Assembly: GCF_963506605.1 (NCBI RefSeq)
Contig: NC_083277.1
Coordinates: forward strand, 93,434,001 to 93,498,000
Direction: 5' to 3'
Length of the DNA: 64,000 bases
Source of the DNA: Zootoca vivipara
Lineage: Eukaryota
The position numbers were made by a program, and so were the translations under genes. Positions 47,676 to 59,142 of this stretch are shown here, piece by piece; position 1 is the first letter of the stretch, and each line of letters begins with the position of its first letter. The notes beneath the pieces were generated by a model that made no database searches, was not told where the DNA came from, and saw only the letters and a list, made by a program, of their open reading frames with translations.

Positions 47676-50600
47676 GAAGACTCTTGTTGGTGTCATGCAA
47701 ACTGTTCTCTTGCTCCTTCCCCAGCTGCTATGGAAAATCTCCCATGCAAAATGGCTTTGTGGGCACATTAGTTTTGATGGGGGTGGGGGAGGAAACGTCT
47801 CCCTGGAAACTCTTCTCTAGTTTCTGCCTAAGCCAAAGAGATTCATAAGCAAGAATCTCCTTGTTTGGTGGCCTATAGAAGAACCAACCGCTCCATCACG
47901 TTGAACATTGCCTGGAGTCTGCTGCTTCTGATGGAGAACTGGGACATCCCTGCCACTAGCTGGCCTTGTTTTGATGGGTACCCAGGAGACGGGAGGTCTT
48001 TTAAGAAGGGCTTGAGTTTTCAAGGGTCTTCATTCTCCAGTGCTTTTATGTTGGTACACACAGAGGCTAGGATAAAATAAAGATTAACTCATGGAAGATT
48101 GTCCCTTCAGAGGAAAGGGAATCAAATTATTTCGTAACCTGCATGGAAAACACAAAAAAATGTTTTGCCAAGGCTTGCAGCGGCACTGCGTGCATGACAG
48201 TCTCACTTCTGGAAAACAGGATAGGTCAGCAAGTATAGCACTGTTATACATTAGAGGAGGAAATCAAATTTCTTTTTGCAGAGTCACTTTCACTGGGTCC
48301 CTTAATGAAGGGGAGTCTCTTCCTCAGTTGCGCTTGTCCTCCAGTTACACTATGGGAAAAAATACATATATTCAGAAGTCTGCAACTAGAAAGCCTTCCT
48401 GACTGTAAAAATAAACAGCAGCAGCAGCAGCGAGACCAACTGCATACACATTCTTCTTTGTGCACCCTTCATTCTGCTTACAATTTTTGGAGCAAAGTTG
48501 ATAAGTTTTGAGACTGGTTATGGGAAGGAGGTGTAACAGCATCAAGAACAACAGCCTGACCACTGGAAGTCTGGCCAACCTCTTCTGGCTTTAATTCTTG
48601 AGAAGCAAATTTGCCCAAAAAACAAGCCAGGCTAGAAACTTGCCTTGCTAAAAAAAAAAGGCCCTGAACTCGGATGCTCAGGATTCTGAAGAAGCATTAC
48701 ACTTTGCACTAGGAGAGCACAATTCTCAGACTCACTCTTGTATCTGCCCAGATGTTCCTCCGTTCTGAATCCGATGTCTCTGCCACTTGCGTTTCTGCCT
48801 CCTTCAGTCCAAATGACTTTCTCCTTTGACCTCTCAATAATCATTTGAGGAATCCAGTTTCTCCTTTGTTATCATCCTGGACAACCCCTTAGTTACAGGA
48901 CATGCTTGATCGCAGACTTTTGTTGCTGTCCCCAGCGCCTACCTCTCAAGCCCCAAACTAAAAAACATGGGATACCCGTGACTGAGGGGCACTCCAGAAA
49001 GTGCAGATTCCACAGTGGAAAAGGGTGCTTGAATGAACTTTGGGAAACTCATGAGGAAGTTCTGGACTGCGTTAATGGAGGCAAATGATGGAGGTCATTG
49101 TTTGAATATGATGTCGGGAATCCTGACTCTGTGGTGATAAAACTTTATTATTGTGCTTGATGGCCTTGGAACATTTCATTTTGGGGCTTAAACTTGCTTT
49201 AAAAACTCAAGAGAGAGAGAGAAAATGTATCAATAGGTGCGTTATCTTCAATTCAGCCAACCTCTCCTTCCAAGCTGGAATGGCAGAGACAGAGTGTATG
49301 TACAGCATGAAGTTAAATCCCAGTTACCTACTGTGTCTTAATCTAGGATTTCAGCATGCCAATACAAAATTCATCTGCAGGACAAGATGTTTGTGGAGCA
49401 CTGATCCAGCTAGAATAAGCTTGAGGTGGGATGTGAATAGGGGCCAGGCATGGAGAGCATTGTGGTACAACCACTGAAGTTTTGTTGCCTATGCTTAAGT
49501 ACCGCCACAGCAATCGCCACACCAATACAACTTTTCTGGCTATAATGGAACATAAAGAGGGGGGAGGGAAATAAGAAGTCAATAAAAAGTTCAAATACTG
49601 TATGCTTGAGGTTTCACACTTCATAATGGATTTCTTTTCTGTGTTAAACCACTTTCCTTCTCTTCGGGTTTGATCAAAGGGGTCTCAAGCTAAGGTTGCA
49701 CACTTTTGAAGGAAAAGAGTGCTTGTGGGGAGGAGGCGTCCTGCTGTCTTTTAATAGCCCGACTATTTACTTCTTGTATGCCTGCACACTGCCTCTATTG
49801 GCAGCTGCTTCAGTTACATCTTTGTTTTAGAACTAGGGTTTCTTCTTTCCAGCTATTCAGCCCACTCAATTCAGAGTCAGGTCAAAGCTCTTCAGTCTCA
49901 GCATAAATGGACAATTGCCATGACATGGCATCACCATTCAAATATTGTTATGTGACAACAGTACAAAGACAATTCAGAGTGCCAGCAATGTTCCTTGCCC
50001 TCACTCTCAACAGGCAAACAACCTGCATGCAACTGCTTGTGAGCTTTGCTGACTATTCACTGTTGGAGAGAGCATGATGATGCAGTAGCTGGACCTCCAG
50101 GCTGTTTTGAAATGCCTTGACGGTGCAAATGTCCTTACGCTAATTAATAACCAGAATCCATGGTGCACCATGTGATCAAAAACAGGAAGATTTTTTAGCT
50201 CCTTGAGCAGTCTTCTTTAGCAACCCGTGTTGGCAAACAAGATTGTAGTTTAGTGGAGCCTTTGCCTTTTGCTAACTGCAGGAAGTTGAGTCGTTTCCAA
50301 GCTGAAATGAATGAAAGCTGCTAACACAAGTGCAAAACAAATCAGCATACCTCTTGTTTGCCATGTTAAGGCAACAAGCTAGACATGTGCTGATTTGTTT
50401 TGAATTGCATTTGAGCGGCCTGGGTTTCTGCAGCCCATGCTAAAATGAATAATATTCAGCACTGGTCTGTAGTTCCCCTTGAGATGAATGTAATGGAAAA
50501 TTCACTGATGTTCTTGCTGGCAAATTAAAACCATTTACAGTCTTGCATGGCTGCATTCCCAAGGCATTTGTTTATTGCTTGCCAGCACAGGTAATTAGAG

Positions 50601-51723
50601 GACATCACCTAGATCTTCCCCTGGGCAACAATTAACATGCTCTAACACTCTTTGATTTAAAAGCAATCTCAAAAACAGGATTCTCTTTAATGCCCACTAC
50701 AGTTATTTCATTTACATTGGGTCAGAAAGACACAGATTGCATCCATGCTAGGGCCCATTAGTGTGGCCTTCTATAATGCTTCATTAGGAAGTCCTGGTTA
50801 GCAAAAGAACTTTGCAATGTTAATTAAAAGTTACCTACTTGTAGCTTCTGGTCATTTTATTGTTTGTTCAGGTTGCTGTAGGAGAAAATTAGTGAGGAAA
50901 TGCAAAATAAAACAGAGATTGGCATTAATGGTAATTAAGGGGTATCGGTAATCCTGCTGCTGTGCTTAACAAGATTCAATAACAGAGGCAGAAGTTTCTA
51001 GAAAACTGTTAATTACAAGCACACGAGCCCCAAAAAGTCTTACTATAACTTTGGCTGTCCACACTGGACAGGTTTGCACTACAATGGCATTTTGATGCAA
51101 AAATGCCCCTCACCCCAAACACCCATAATCAGATCAAGTATGCCTCTGGATACCAGAGAGTGCTGCTCTGATCTTTCGCTTAACCTATTTTGGAAGGGCC
51201 CAAATGCAGCGATAAATAAAATAAAATAATCTCTTAGCTCAGTCACAAGAGAAGTCCTTTCTGTTTGACTCCAGCTATTGAACTTTGTTTTTAAAACCAT
51301 TCATTCGCAAGATTTAAATAATAGGTTTTGATGAACCCATTACTCAGCATTGAAACGTCTACATATGCCACTGTATACCACGAGGTACGGTATGTATACT
51401 ATGCTCGTAGAAAGGTATCCCATCTTTTCTAAGGGCATTATTATAGCAATGTAGTCTAGATTTGCGTTGGAAATGTTTGCTGTAAAGTAAGCTGAGTGTT
51501 AACCAGGGACAAAGCAGGGATGGGGAGCCTGTGGCACTTCAAATGTTGTTGGACTACAGCTCCCATCAACACCAGCCAGCATGGCCAATGGTCAGGGACA
51601 ACAGACATTGTAGTCCAACATCATCTCGTGGGCCACAGGTCCCCCCCACCCCCTCTCTAAGGGCAAGATAAATGTAGTCAAAATGCAGAGAGTTGTTGGA
51701 CGTTTCATAAGAATATCACAAAT

Positions 51724-52125
51724 TGGCTCCCAGTACATTTCCGAGCACAATTCAAAGTGTTGGTGTTGACCTTTAAAGCCCTAAACGGCCTCGGTCCAGT
51801 ATACCTGAAGGAGCGTCTCCACCCCCATCGTTCTGCCTGGACACTGAGGTCTAGCGCCGAGGGCCTTCTGGCGGTTCCCTCGCTACGAGAAACCAAATTA
51901 CAGGGAACCAGGCAGAGGGCCTTCTCGGTAGTGGCACCCACCCTGTGGAATGCCCTCCCATCAGATGTCAAAGAGAACAACAATTACCAGACCTTTAGAA
52001 GGCATCTCAAGGCAGCTCTGTTTAGGGAAGCTTTTAATGTTTGATTTCTGTATTTTAATGTTTTGTTGGAAGCTGCCCAAAGTGGCTGGGGGAACCCGGC
52101 CAGATGGGCGGGGTATAAATAATAA

Positions 52126-52173
<48 letters not shown>
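51724..52173 (+). mobile_element. L2-clade LINE 3' fragment with (TTA)n tail
   Basis: Highly similar to about 3490-3890 (LVLTFKALNGLGPVYLKERL...). Confidence 0.85.
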
Positions 52174-52175
<2 letters not shown>

Positions 52176-52936
52176 ATCACTGCTGCAAGAGGCTTAAAAA
52201 ATGAAGGTTGAGAAAAGAATGGGGAATATTTGTTTCCCCATATCTTCTTGACTCTAGCTCCCTTCATCTCCAGCCAGCATGCTCAGTTGTCAGGGATGAT
52301 GGGGGTTGCAGTTCAACAACATCTGGAGGGCCACAGATGGTGAACCCTGATATAAAGCAACAATAGTGATGGGGGACGGAGGAGGATCTGTTTAAGGCTG
52401 CCTCTTGAGAAGTTAATTACTTATAACCCAATTATCAGCTGGGTTTTGTGACTGGTTGCTATTCTGATTTTTTGAAAGCTTTTATCATAAATGATATCTG
52501 ACAAGCACCATGGCCCTCCACAATTTGAATCAATATAGTAGCTTGGAAAGTGCCATTTAAAATTAAAACCAACCAACCTTTAGGTGGATGAGATTAGACT
52601 ATTTCAGTTAGATTTGTTTCTGCCCAGGCCTAGGAAAAAACAGACTAAATTCCCAGTTTCAAATGGGCATGGGTGGGATTTAAATCTGATCATTAAGATG
52701 CTGACACACATGTTTGTGAGTAAGTATACTCACTGACTTGGCAGTTCCCCAGGCAATATGCTTCATGTCTTTTATATGCTGACAGTAGGTATATATGGTA
52801 AAGTGGTGGGTCTGTGCCACCACTCTGAAACTTCAGAAAAGGCTGCAGAAATTGGCTCCATCAGAGCTGCTGTTTTCATTAATGTATCTAACTGAAAAAT
52901 GCATAGGGCGTTAAGTTATTTGCTGTCGCAAGAAGT

Positions 52937-53282
52937 AATAATAATATTATAATAATTTATTATTTGTACCCCGCCCATCTAGTTGAGTCTCCCCAGCAAC
53001 TCTGGGCGGCTCCCAATCGAGTATTAAAACAATACAGCATTAAATATTAAAACCTTCCCTAAACAGGGCCACCTTCAGCTGTCTTCTAAAAGTAAAATAG
53101 TTGCTTATTGCCTTGACAGCTGCTGGGAGGGCGTTCCACAGGGCGGGTGCCACTACCGAGAAGGCCCTCTGTCTGCTTCCCTGTAACCTCACTTCTCGCA
53201 ATGAGGGAACCGCCAGAAGGCCCTCGGTGCTGGATCTCAGTGTCTGGGCTGAACGATGGGGGTGGAGATGCTCCTTCAGGTA
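52937..53282 (-). mobile_element. L2-clade LINE 3' fragment
   Basis: Reverse complement of the same L2 3' end seen at 3338 and 51724. Confidence 0.82.
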
Positions 53283-53716
53283 GTAGTTACGACCACCAAT
53301 TTAGAAGGGAAATAGACAATTTAATGAACATTTAGGCTATCAATGGCCACTAGCCATGATGTAGTCAGGACCAGTCAACATGCCTCTGAATACCAGTCCC
53401 TGGGGAACAGTTGTGGGACAATCCCCCCCCCCAATATACTCGTTTTGGGCTTTCCAAGTGCATCGTCCTGGTTGGCCACTGTGGGAAACAAGAAGCTCAG
53501 CTAGATGTTCTGATCCAGCAGGCTTTTCTGAAGTGGCTTGCCTCCCTGCTTTTTCTAGCACCAAGCACCATTTTTATTTGGATGGGTAGAAGCGGTGAGG
53601 GTGCTGTCTTCCCCCCTTTTCTGCCCCCCAAGGGCATTTTAAGGCAGGGGGTTAGAAGCAGTGATGTGGATGTGGTCCCTACTTGTTTCATAGGCTGTTT
53701 ATTGCATTTTGATTTA

Positions 53717-53978
53717 TACTGTATTGGCGCAAATATAAGCCGCACCTTTAAAACTCAAGAAAAAAAAAAGACAATACCCAAATAGAAGCCACTTTGTTAA
53801 AATTGTGTCTTATGCTGGTGCTGGTGGTCCTAGGAGCCACACGCTGCTGTTGCGCCTGCCACCTTGCCTCACCGGAAGTCCCATTTTTGTAAGGTTGTGA
53901 ATTTAAGCCCCACTTTTAACTTTTCATGGTCAGAATTTGGGGGGAAAAAGTGTGGCTTATATTCAGGCCAATACGGTA
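53717..53978. mobile_element. Tc1/mariner-type MITE
   Basis: TIR tactgtattggcgcaaatataagccgcac / gtgtggcttatattcaggccaatacggta with TA ends. Confidence 0.7.
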
Positions 53979-54055
53979 ATAGGGGAGAGAGAACAGCAAA
54001 AGGGATGCCTGCAACACTTGCCTTGTAGGTTGCCTTGCCTTCTTGTCCTAACGGG

Positions 54056-54102
<47 letters not shown>

Positions 54103-54181
54103 GCCTCCAGGCAGCTCAAGGTGGCCTACATAGTTATCCCCCTCTCCAGAATATTATCCTGGCAACAATCCTTTGAACCGG

Positions 54182-54557
54182 TGTTATGTACTGAGCTGAA
54201 TCCTAGAACAATAGGATTCAGAATCAGCGGGAGCTACCCAATCCAACTCCAGGTGGAAGTGAATCCGCAACCTGATTGGCCTGCGGGAGCAGCCAATCAG
54301 GCGGCTGGCAGAAGTGAATCTGCTACCTGATTGGCCTGTAGGAGCAGCCAATCAGGCTGCAGGCAGAAGTCAATCCACAATATAATTGGCCCACAGGTGT
54401 AGCCCTGAAGTAGCCAATCACGCAAGGCCCATTGTGTAAATAATGTATATAAGCAGATGGTTTTGGGAAAAGAGCCATTCGTCTTCTCTTCTTCTCCTTG
54501 ATGAATATGAGCTGAATAAAGAGCATGAAATTCACTCTCGACTCCGAGTATATTTCA
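54182..54557 (+). repeat. 5' LTR
   Basis: tgttatgtac...gagtatatttca; TATATAAG at 54446, AATAAA at 54515; direct repeat of 58767-59142. Confidence 0.95.
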
Positions 54558-54558
54558 C

Positions 54559-54576
54559 TGGCGACGAAGGTGGGAT
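54559..54576 (+). promoter_or_regulatory. Primer-binding site complementary to the tRNA-Ser(GCU) 3' end
   Basis: tggcgacgaaggtgggat; its reverse complement atcccaccttcgtcgCCA matches the 3' end of vertebrate tRNA-Ser(GCT); one spacer nt after the LTR. Confidence 0.85.
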
Positions 54577-54685
54577 CCTGCTGAGCTGACCGCCACCACG
54601 CACTGCACCGCAGCACCGCCACCTGCTGCACCGCTGCATCGCACCGTGCATCCAGGCTTCAGCTCCAGGACCCAAGGAACCCAGA

Positions 54686-57600
54686 ATGGCAACCGACAGC
54701 AGCTTCTTGCCATTCAAACCAGCATCAGGAGACTGGGAAGGGTACGCCGCCCGTTTCAACTTCCTCCTGCAAGCGAAAGAAGTCACCAACGATGCCATGA
54801 AGAGGGCGACATTCTTCAGCGTCTGTGGAGAGGAGACGTTTGAAATCGCCCGGGCTCTCCTTGCACCTAGAGATGTCGCTACCGTCTCTTACAAAACAAT
54901 AATGGAACGGCTGAAGGAGCACTTTTCACCACAGCCCTCGGTGGTAGCTTGCCGAAATGCCTTCTACGCAAAGCGGCAAGCCCCGGGGGAAACCATAACT
55001 GGGTTTGTGACCTCCCTCCGCCAAGCCGCCCGGTTATGCAACTTCTCAGAGTTGGAGAACATGCTTCGTGACCGCCTCGTCGGTGGCCTGAGGGACGAGA
55101 TGTTGCAACGACGCCTCTACGCCAAAAAAGACCTCACGTTCCAGATTGCTCTGGAGGAAGCCCTGGCAACCGAAGCCGCCGAGAGGTCAACGCAAGAGGC
55201 ACGACCGGCCCCGCCATCCCAACCGAGGGTCTACCACGAAGACCTCACCGACGAATCCGAATCTGACAGGGAGGAAGTACACCGAGTACAGCGGTGCACT
55301 CAAGCAGCACACACACCACAGCAGCCTCGACGAGAAGGAGGGAACTGTGCAAGCTGCGGGGAGAACCACGAGAGGAGGACCTGTCGTTTCCGCAACGCAG
55401 AGTGCAGGCAGTGCAGAAAATTGGGACACATCGCCCGGGTGTGTCGGGCTCGACTCACCCGTCGACAAGCATCAGATGACCGACCCAGGAGCCCCAGGTC
55501 ACACGGCACCATGCACCAAGGCAACTCGACGGAGATCACGGACTACCAGGTATTCCAGTTGCCCCATCCCAGCACAGAGAAAATTTATATAGAGGTACAG
55601 ATAGAGGGAGCCCCATGCCGCATGGAGCTGGACACGGGTTCAACTCTATCCATAATCTCGGCCCGAACATTAAGGGAACTGTGCCCTAATGGGGGTCCCA
55701 AACTAAGGCCGGCCCCATTCACCCTCCGGGACTTCCAGAAACGTAAGGTCCCTACAATGGGGGTGGGGACCTTCAGGGTGCAATATCGAGGGCGAAAGCA
55801 ACAATTGGACTTGCTGGTAGTTAAGGGCCCCTACGTTAGCTTACTGGGACTGGCATGGTTTGGACCTCTGGGGCTAGCCGTTACCGGGGTGAACCGCACT
55901 AGCTTACAAGTGGACGTGGACGCCATATGCAAAGAGTTTCCAGGGGTTTTCGATGGAGCATTGGGACGATATACAGGACCCCCCATTGCCCTACAGCTAG
56001 ACCCCGCTGTACGACCCATCAGGCACAAGGCCCGCCGGGTCCCGTTCGCCCTGAAACCCCGCATAGACGAGGAATTGGACCGGCTCGTGGAGCAAGGAGT
56101 GTTGGAGCCGGTGCCCAACGCCCCCTGGGAAACTCCAATTGTCACACCCGTCAAGCCTAACGGTTCGGTCCGCATCTGTGCAGACTACAAATGCACCATA
56201 AACAAGGCTCTCACGGCCCATGCATACCCAGTGCCAGTGGTCAGCCATGTCCTCGCCACCCTGGCTGGGTCAAAAATCTTTGGCAAACTGGACTTGGCCC
56301 AAGCGTATCAACAGTTGCCTGTGGACGAAGCCACAGCAGAGGCTCAGACGATTGTGACGCACAGAGGGGCATTCAGAGTAAAGCGGCTGCAATTTGGCGT
56401 TAGCGTGGCACCAGGCATATTCCAGAATCTAATGGACTCTCTCCTTAAAGGGATTCCTGGCGTCACCCCCTTCTTCGATGATGTACTGATCGCCGGGCCC
56501 ACACCAGAGGAATTTGAGGACCGCCTCCGCTCCGTCCTGCACCGTTTCCAGACGGCGGGCCTCAAGGTGAAGCGGGAAAAGTGTTTACTGGGAGTGCCGC
56601 AGGTGGACTTTCTGGGATTTAAGGTGGACGCAGAAGGGGTCCATCCAACCGGTGACAAGGTACGGGCCATTTGTGAGGCCCCAGCGCCCAAGAGCAAGCC
56701 CGAACTTCAGTCATTCTTGGGACTATTGAACTTTTACCATGCCTTCCTTCCCCATAAGGCAGCGGTAGCGGAGCCCCTACACAGACTCCTAGATAAAAGG
56801 GCCCCTTGGGTGTGGGGCCAGCGACAAAGGGCCGCATTCCAGGCAGTCAAGGACTTGCTCGTCTCGAACTCGGTCTTGGCACACTTCGACGAGAGGCTGC
56901 CAGTGGTGCTGGCATGCGACGCCTCTCCCTATGGCATCGGCGCTGTCCTGGGACACCAACTCCCGGATGGAAGAGAGGTGCCGGTGGCATACTTCTCCCA
57001 GACGCTTGCTGCAGCCGAACGAAACTACTCACAGATTGACAAGGAGGGTCTGGCAATCGTGAAGGGCGTAAAAAAATTCCATGATTTCTTGTACGGGCGG
57101 CCCTTTACCATAGTGACTGACCACAAGCCGTTGCTTGGCCTGTTTGCCCCCGAGAAGCAGACCCCCCAAGTGTTGTCTCCACGTGTCCTCAGGTGGTCAA
57201 TTTTCCTTGCCGGCTACCAGTATGCACTAATCCACCGCCCTGGGAAGGCGATGGGCCACGCAGACGCACTCAGCAGGCTACCACTACCAGAAACAGGCCC
57301 CGACCCAGCGCCTGCGCAAGAGGTTATGACCCTGGAGCTGCTTCCCGACCGACCCATTCAGGCACAAGAAGTTGCGCACCATTCCACAAAAGATAGGGTC
57401 ATCTCCCGGGTCCTGGACTGGGTGTGGCGAGGATGGCCCAGCAGCAGCCCCGGGCCAGAATTCGCTGGCTACACAAACCGCAAACATGAACTGTCGGCCC
57501 ACAAGGGGTGCCTGTTATGGGGAAGCAGGGTTGTTGTTCCCCAGCCCCTCCGCAAAAGGGTCCTCACAGCCCTACACGAGACACACCCAGGGGTAGTGAG

Positions 57601-58756
57601 GATGAAGGCCCTTGCCAGGAGTTATGTGTGGTGGCCGGGGATTGACAGAGAGATAGAGGCCTGGGTCCAACACTGCCAGACCTGCCAAGAATCCCGCCCG
57701 GATCCCCCAAGGGCCCCAGTCCAGCCCTGGGAGTCCGCCCGACATCCATGGTCACGCTTGCACGTGGACTTCGCTGGCCCCTTCCAGGGAAAAACATTCT
57801 TCATAGTGGTGGATTCCTACACCAAATGGCTGGAGGTCGCACTGGTACCGTCCACTTCTACGGCGGCAGCCATCCGGGTACTACGTAAGCTGTTTGCAAC
57901 CCACGGGCTCCCTGACACCCTCGTCTCGGACAATGGAACCGCATTCACGTCAGAGGAGTTCCAGACCTTCACAGCGCAGAACGCCATCCGCCACATCCGC
58001 TCAGCACCATTCCACCCTGCCACCAATGGCCAAGCGGAGCGCATGGTGCGGACCACCAAGGACAGCCTCCGCCGCATAACACAAGGGGACTGGGAATACC
58101 GCCTTGCCGCATTTCTTCTAGCACAGCACAGCACCCCAAGCACAACGACGGGCCGGAGCCCAGCTGAACTACTCATGGGCCGGCGCCTTGCAACTAGACT
58201 GGACCGACTTCACCCCGACAGAGCTCAGGATGAGGTAGTGGTGGGGAAAGGCAGGAACCCCCGGACATTTGTGGCCCAGGACCCAGTGTATGCAAAGAAT
58301 TTTGGGGCAGGCCCAGCATGGGTACCCGCCACAGTCACCAAGGTGACCGGTCCCGTGTCGTACGAGGTACTAACGGAAGGGGGGCAATGTTGGCGCCGCC
58401 ACTGCGACCAGCTACGGCGACGATTCCCAGGAGGAACCCGGGAGGAGAGCGGGACAGAGGGGTCCCAAGGGGACAGCAGGGCAGTGAGGCCTGTAGAGCG
58501 AGAGGGGTGGGCAGGGGAAGCAGAAGCAGTAGGCACAGAGGGGCGCCCCGAGGCTGGAAGGACACCGGAACCAGAGTCACAACCTAGTGGTTCAGTGGCG
58601 CCAGACCAGACAGCCCCGGCACAGCCAGCAGCCTCGGAACACGAGCCAGAACCAGAACCCCTGACCAAGGAACACCCCAGGCCACAACGCACACGGAGGC
58701 GGCCAGCAGACCTTGGGGACTACGAATGCAACTTCCCGGGCAGGACTGGAACTTAG
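54686..58756 (+). CDS. Gag-Pol polyprotein, 1356 aa (Gag with two Zn knuckles, aspartic protease, RT, RNase H, integrase)
   Basis: CASCGENHERRTC and CRQCRKLGHIARVC knuckles; LDTGS protease; RT KLDLAQAYQQ...QFG...FFDD; RNase H CDASPYGIG...TDHKPL; integrase H-H-C-C plus HVDFAG/SDNG/NGQAERMV; no stops. Confidence 0.96.
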   Translation: MATDSSFLPFKPASGDWEGYAARFNFLLQAKEVTNDAMKRATFFSVCGEETFEIARALLAPRDVATVSYKTIMERLKEHFSPQPSVVACRNAFYAKRQAPGETITGFVTSLRQAARLCNFSELENMLRDRLVGGLRDEMLQRRLYAKKDLTFQIALEEALATEAAERSTQEARPAPPSQPRVYHEDLTDESESDREEVHRVQRCTQAAHTPQQPRREGGNCASCGENHERRTCRFRNAECRQCRKLGHIARVCRARLTRRQASDDRPRSPRSHGTMHQGNSTEITDYQVFQLPHPSTEKIYIEVQIEGAPCRMELDTGSTLSIISARTLRELCPNGGPKLRPAPFTLRDFQKRKVPTMGVGTFRVQYRGRKQQLDLLVVKGPYVSLLGLAWFGPLGLAVTGVNRTSLQVDVDAICKEFPGVFDGALGRYTGPPIALQLDPAVRPIRHKARRVPFALKPRIDEELDRLVEQGVLEPVPNAPWETPIVTPVKPNGSVRICADYKCTINKALTAHAYPVPVVSHVLATLAGSKIFGKLDLAQAYQQLPVDEATAEAQTIVTHRGAFRVKRLQFGVSVAPGIFQNLMDSLLKGIPGVTPFFDDVLIAGPTPEEFEDRLRSVLHRFQTAGLKVKREKCLLGVPQVDFLGFKVDAEGVHPTGDKVRAICEAPAPKSKPELQSFLGLLNFYHAFLPHKAAVAEPLHRLLDKRAPWVWGQRQRAAFQAVKDLLVSNSVLAHFDERLPVVLACDASPYGIGAVLGHQLPDGREVPVAYFSQTLAAAERNYSQIDKEGLAIVKGVKKFHDFLYGRPFTIVTDHKPLLGLFAPEKQTPQVLSPRVLRWSIFLAGYQYALIHRPGKAMGHADALSRLPLPETGPDPAPAQEVMTLELLPDRPIQAQEVAHHSTKDRVISRVLDWVWRGWPSSSPGPEFAGYTNRKHELSAHKGCLLWGSRVVVPQPLRKRVLTALHETHPGVVRMKALARSYVWWPGIDREIEAWVQHCQTCQESRPDPPRAPVQPWESARHPWSRLHVDFAGPFQGKTFFIVVDSYTKWLEVALVPSTSTAAAIRVLRKLFATHGLPDTLVSDNGTAFTSEEFQTFTAQNAIRHIRSAPFHPATNGQAERMVRTTKDSLRRITQGDWEYRLAAFLLAQHSTPSTTTGRSPAELLMGRRLATRLDRLHPDRAQDEVVVGKGRNPRTFVAQDPVYAKNFGAGPAWVPATVTKVTGPVSYEVLTEGGQCWRRHCDQLRRRFPGGTREESGTEGSQGDSRAVRPVEREGWAGEAEAVGTEGRPEAGRTPEPESQPSGSVAPDQTAPAQPAASEHEPEPEPLTKEHPRPQRTRRRPADLGDYECNFPGRTGT

Positions 58757-58766
58757 AGGGGAGGGG
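58755..58766 (+). promoter_or_regulatory. Polypurine tract
   Basis: agaggggagggg immediately 5' of the 3' LTR, overlapping the pol stop codon. Confidence 0.9.
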
Positions 58767-59142
58767 TGTTATGTACTGAGCTGAATCCTAGAACAATAGG
58801 ATTCAGAATCAGCGGGAGCTACCCAATCCAACTCCAGGTGGAAGTGAATCCGCAACCTGATTGGCCTGCGGGAGCAGCCAATCAGGCGGCTGGCAGAAGT
58901 GAATCTGCTACCTGATTGGCCTGTAGGAGCAGCCAATCAGGCTGCAGGCAGAAGTCAATCCACAATATAATTGGCCCACAGGTGTAGCCCTGAAGTAGCC
59001 AATCACGCAAGGCCCATTGTGTAAATAATGTATATAAGCAGATGGTTTTGGGAAAAGAGCCATTCGTCTTCTCTTCTTCTCCTTGATGAATATGAGCTGA
59101 ATAAAGAGCATGAAATTCACTCTCGACTCCGAGTATATTTCA
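58767..59142 (+). repeat. 3' LTR
   Basis: No difference from the 5' LTR found by manual comparison. Confidence 0.95.

Larger units (their letters stand above)
54182..59142 (+). mobile_element. Full-length Ty3/Gypsy LTR retrotransposon (Mag-like)
   Basis: Two 376-bp TG...CA LTRs, PBS, PPT, single gag-pol ORF in PR-RT-RH-IN order; flanks accgg / accag (4 of 5 TSD positions match). Confidence 0.97.

Noticed and set aside
54725-58692. Antisense and alternative-frame ORFs inside the retrotransposon; possible env or chromodomain
   Set aside because: Shadow ORFs of a GC-rich pol; pol stops at the PPT, leaving no room for env, and no chromodomain motif is visible in the low-complexity C-terminus
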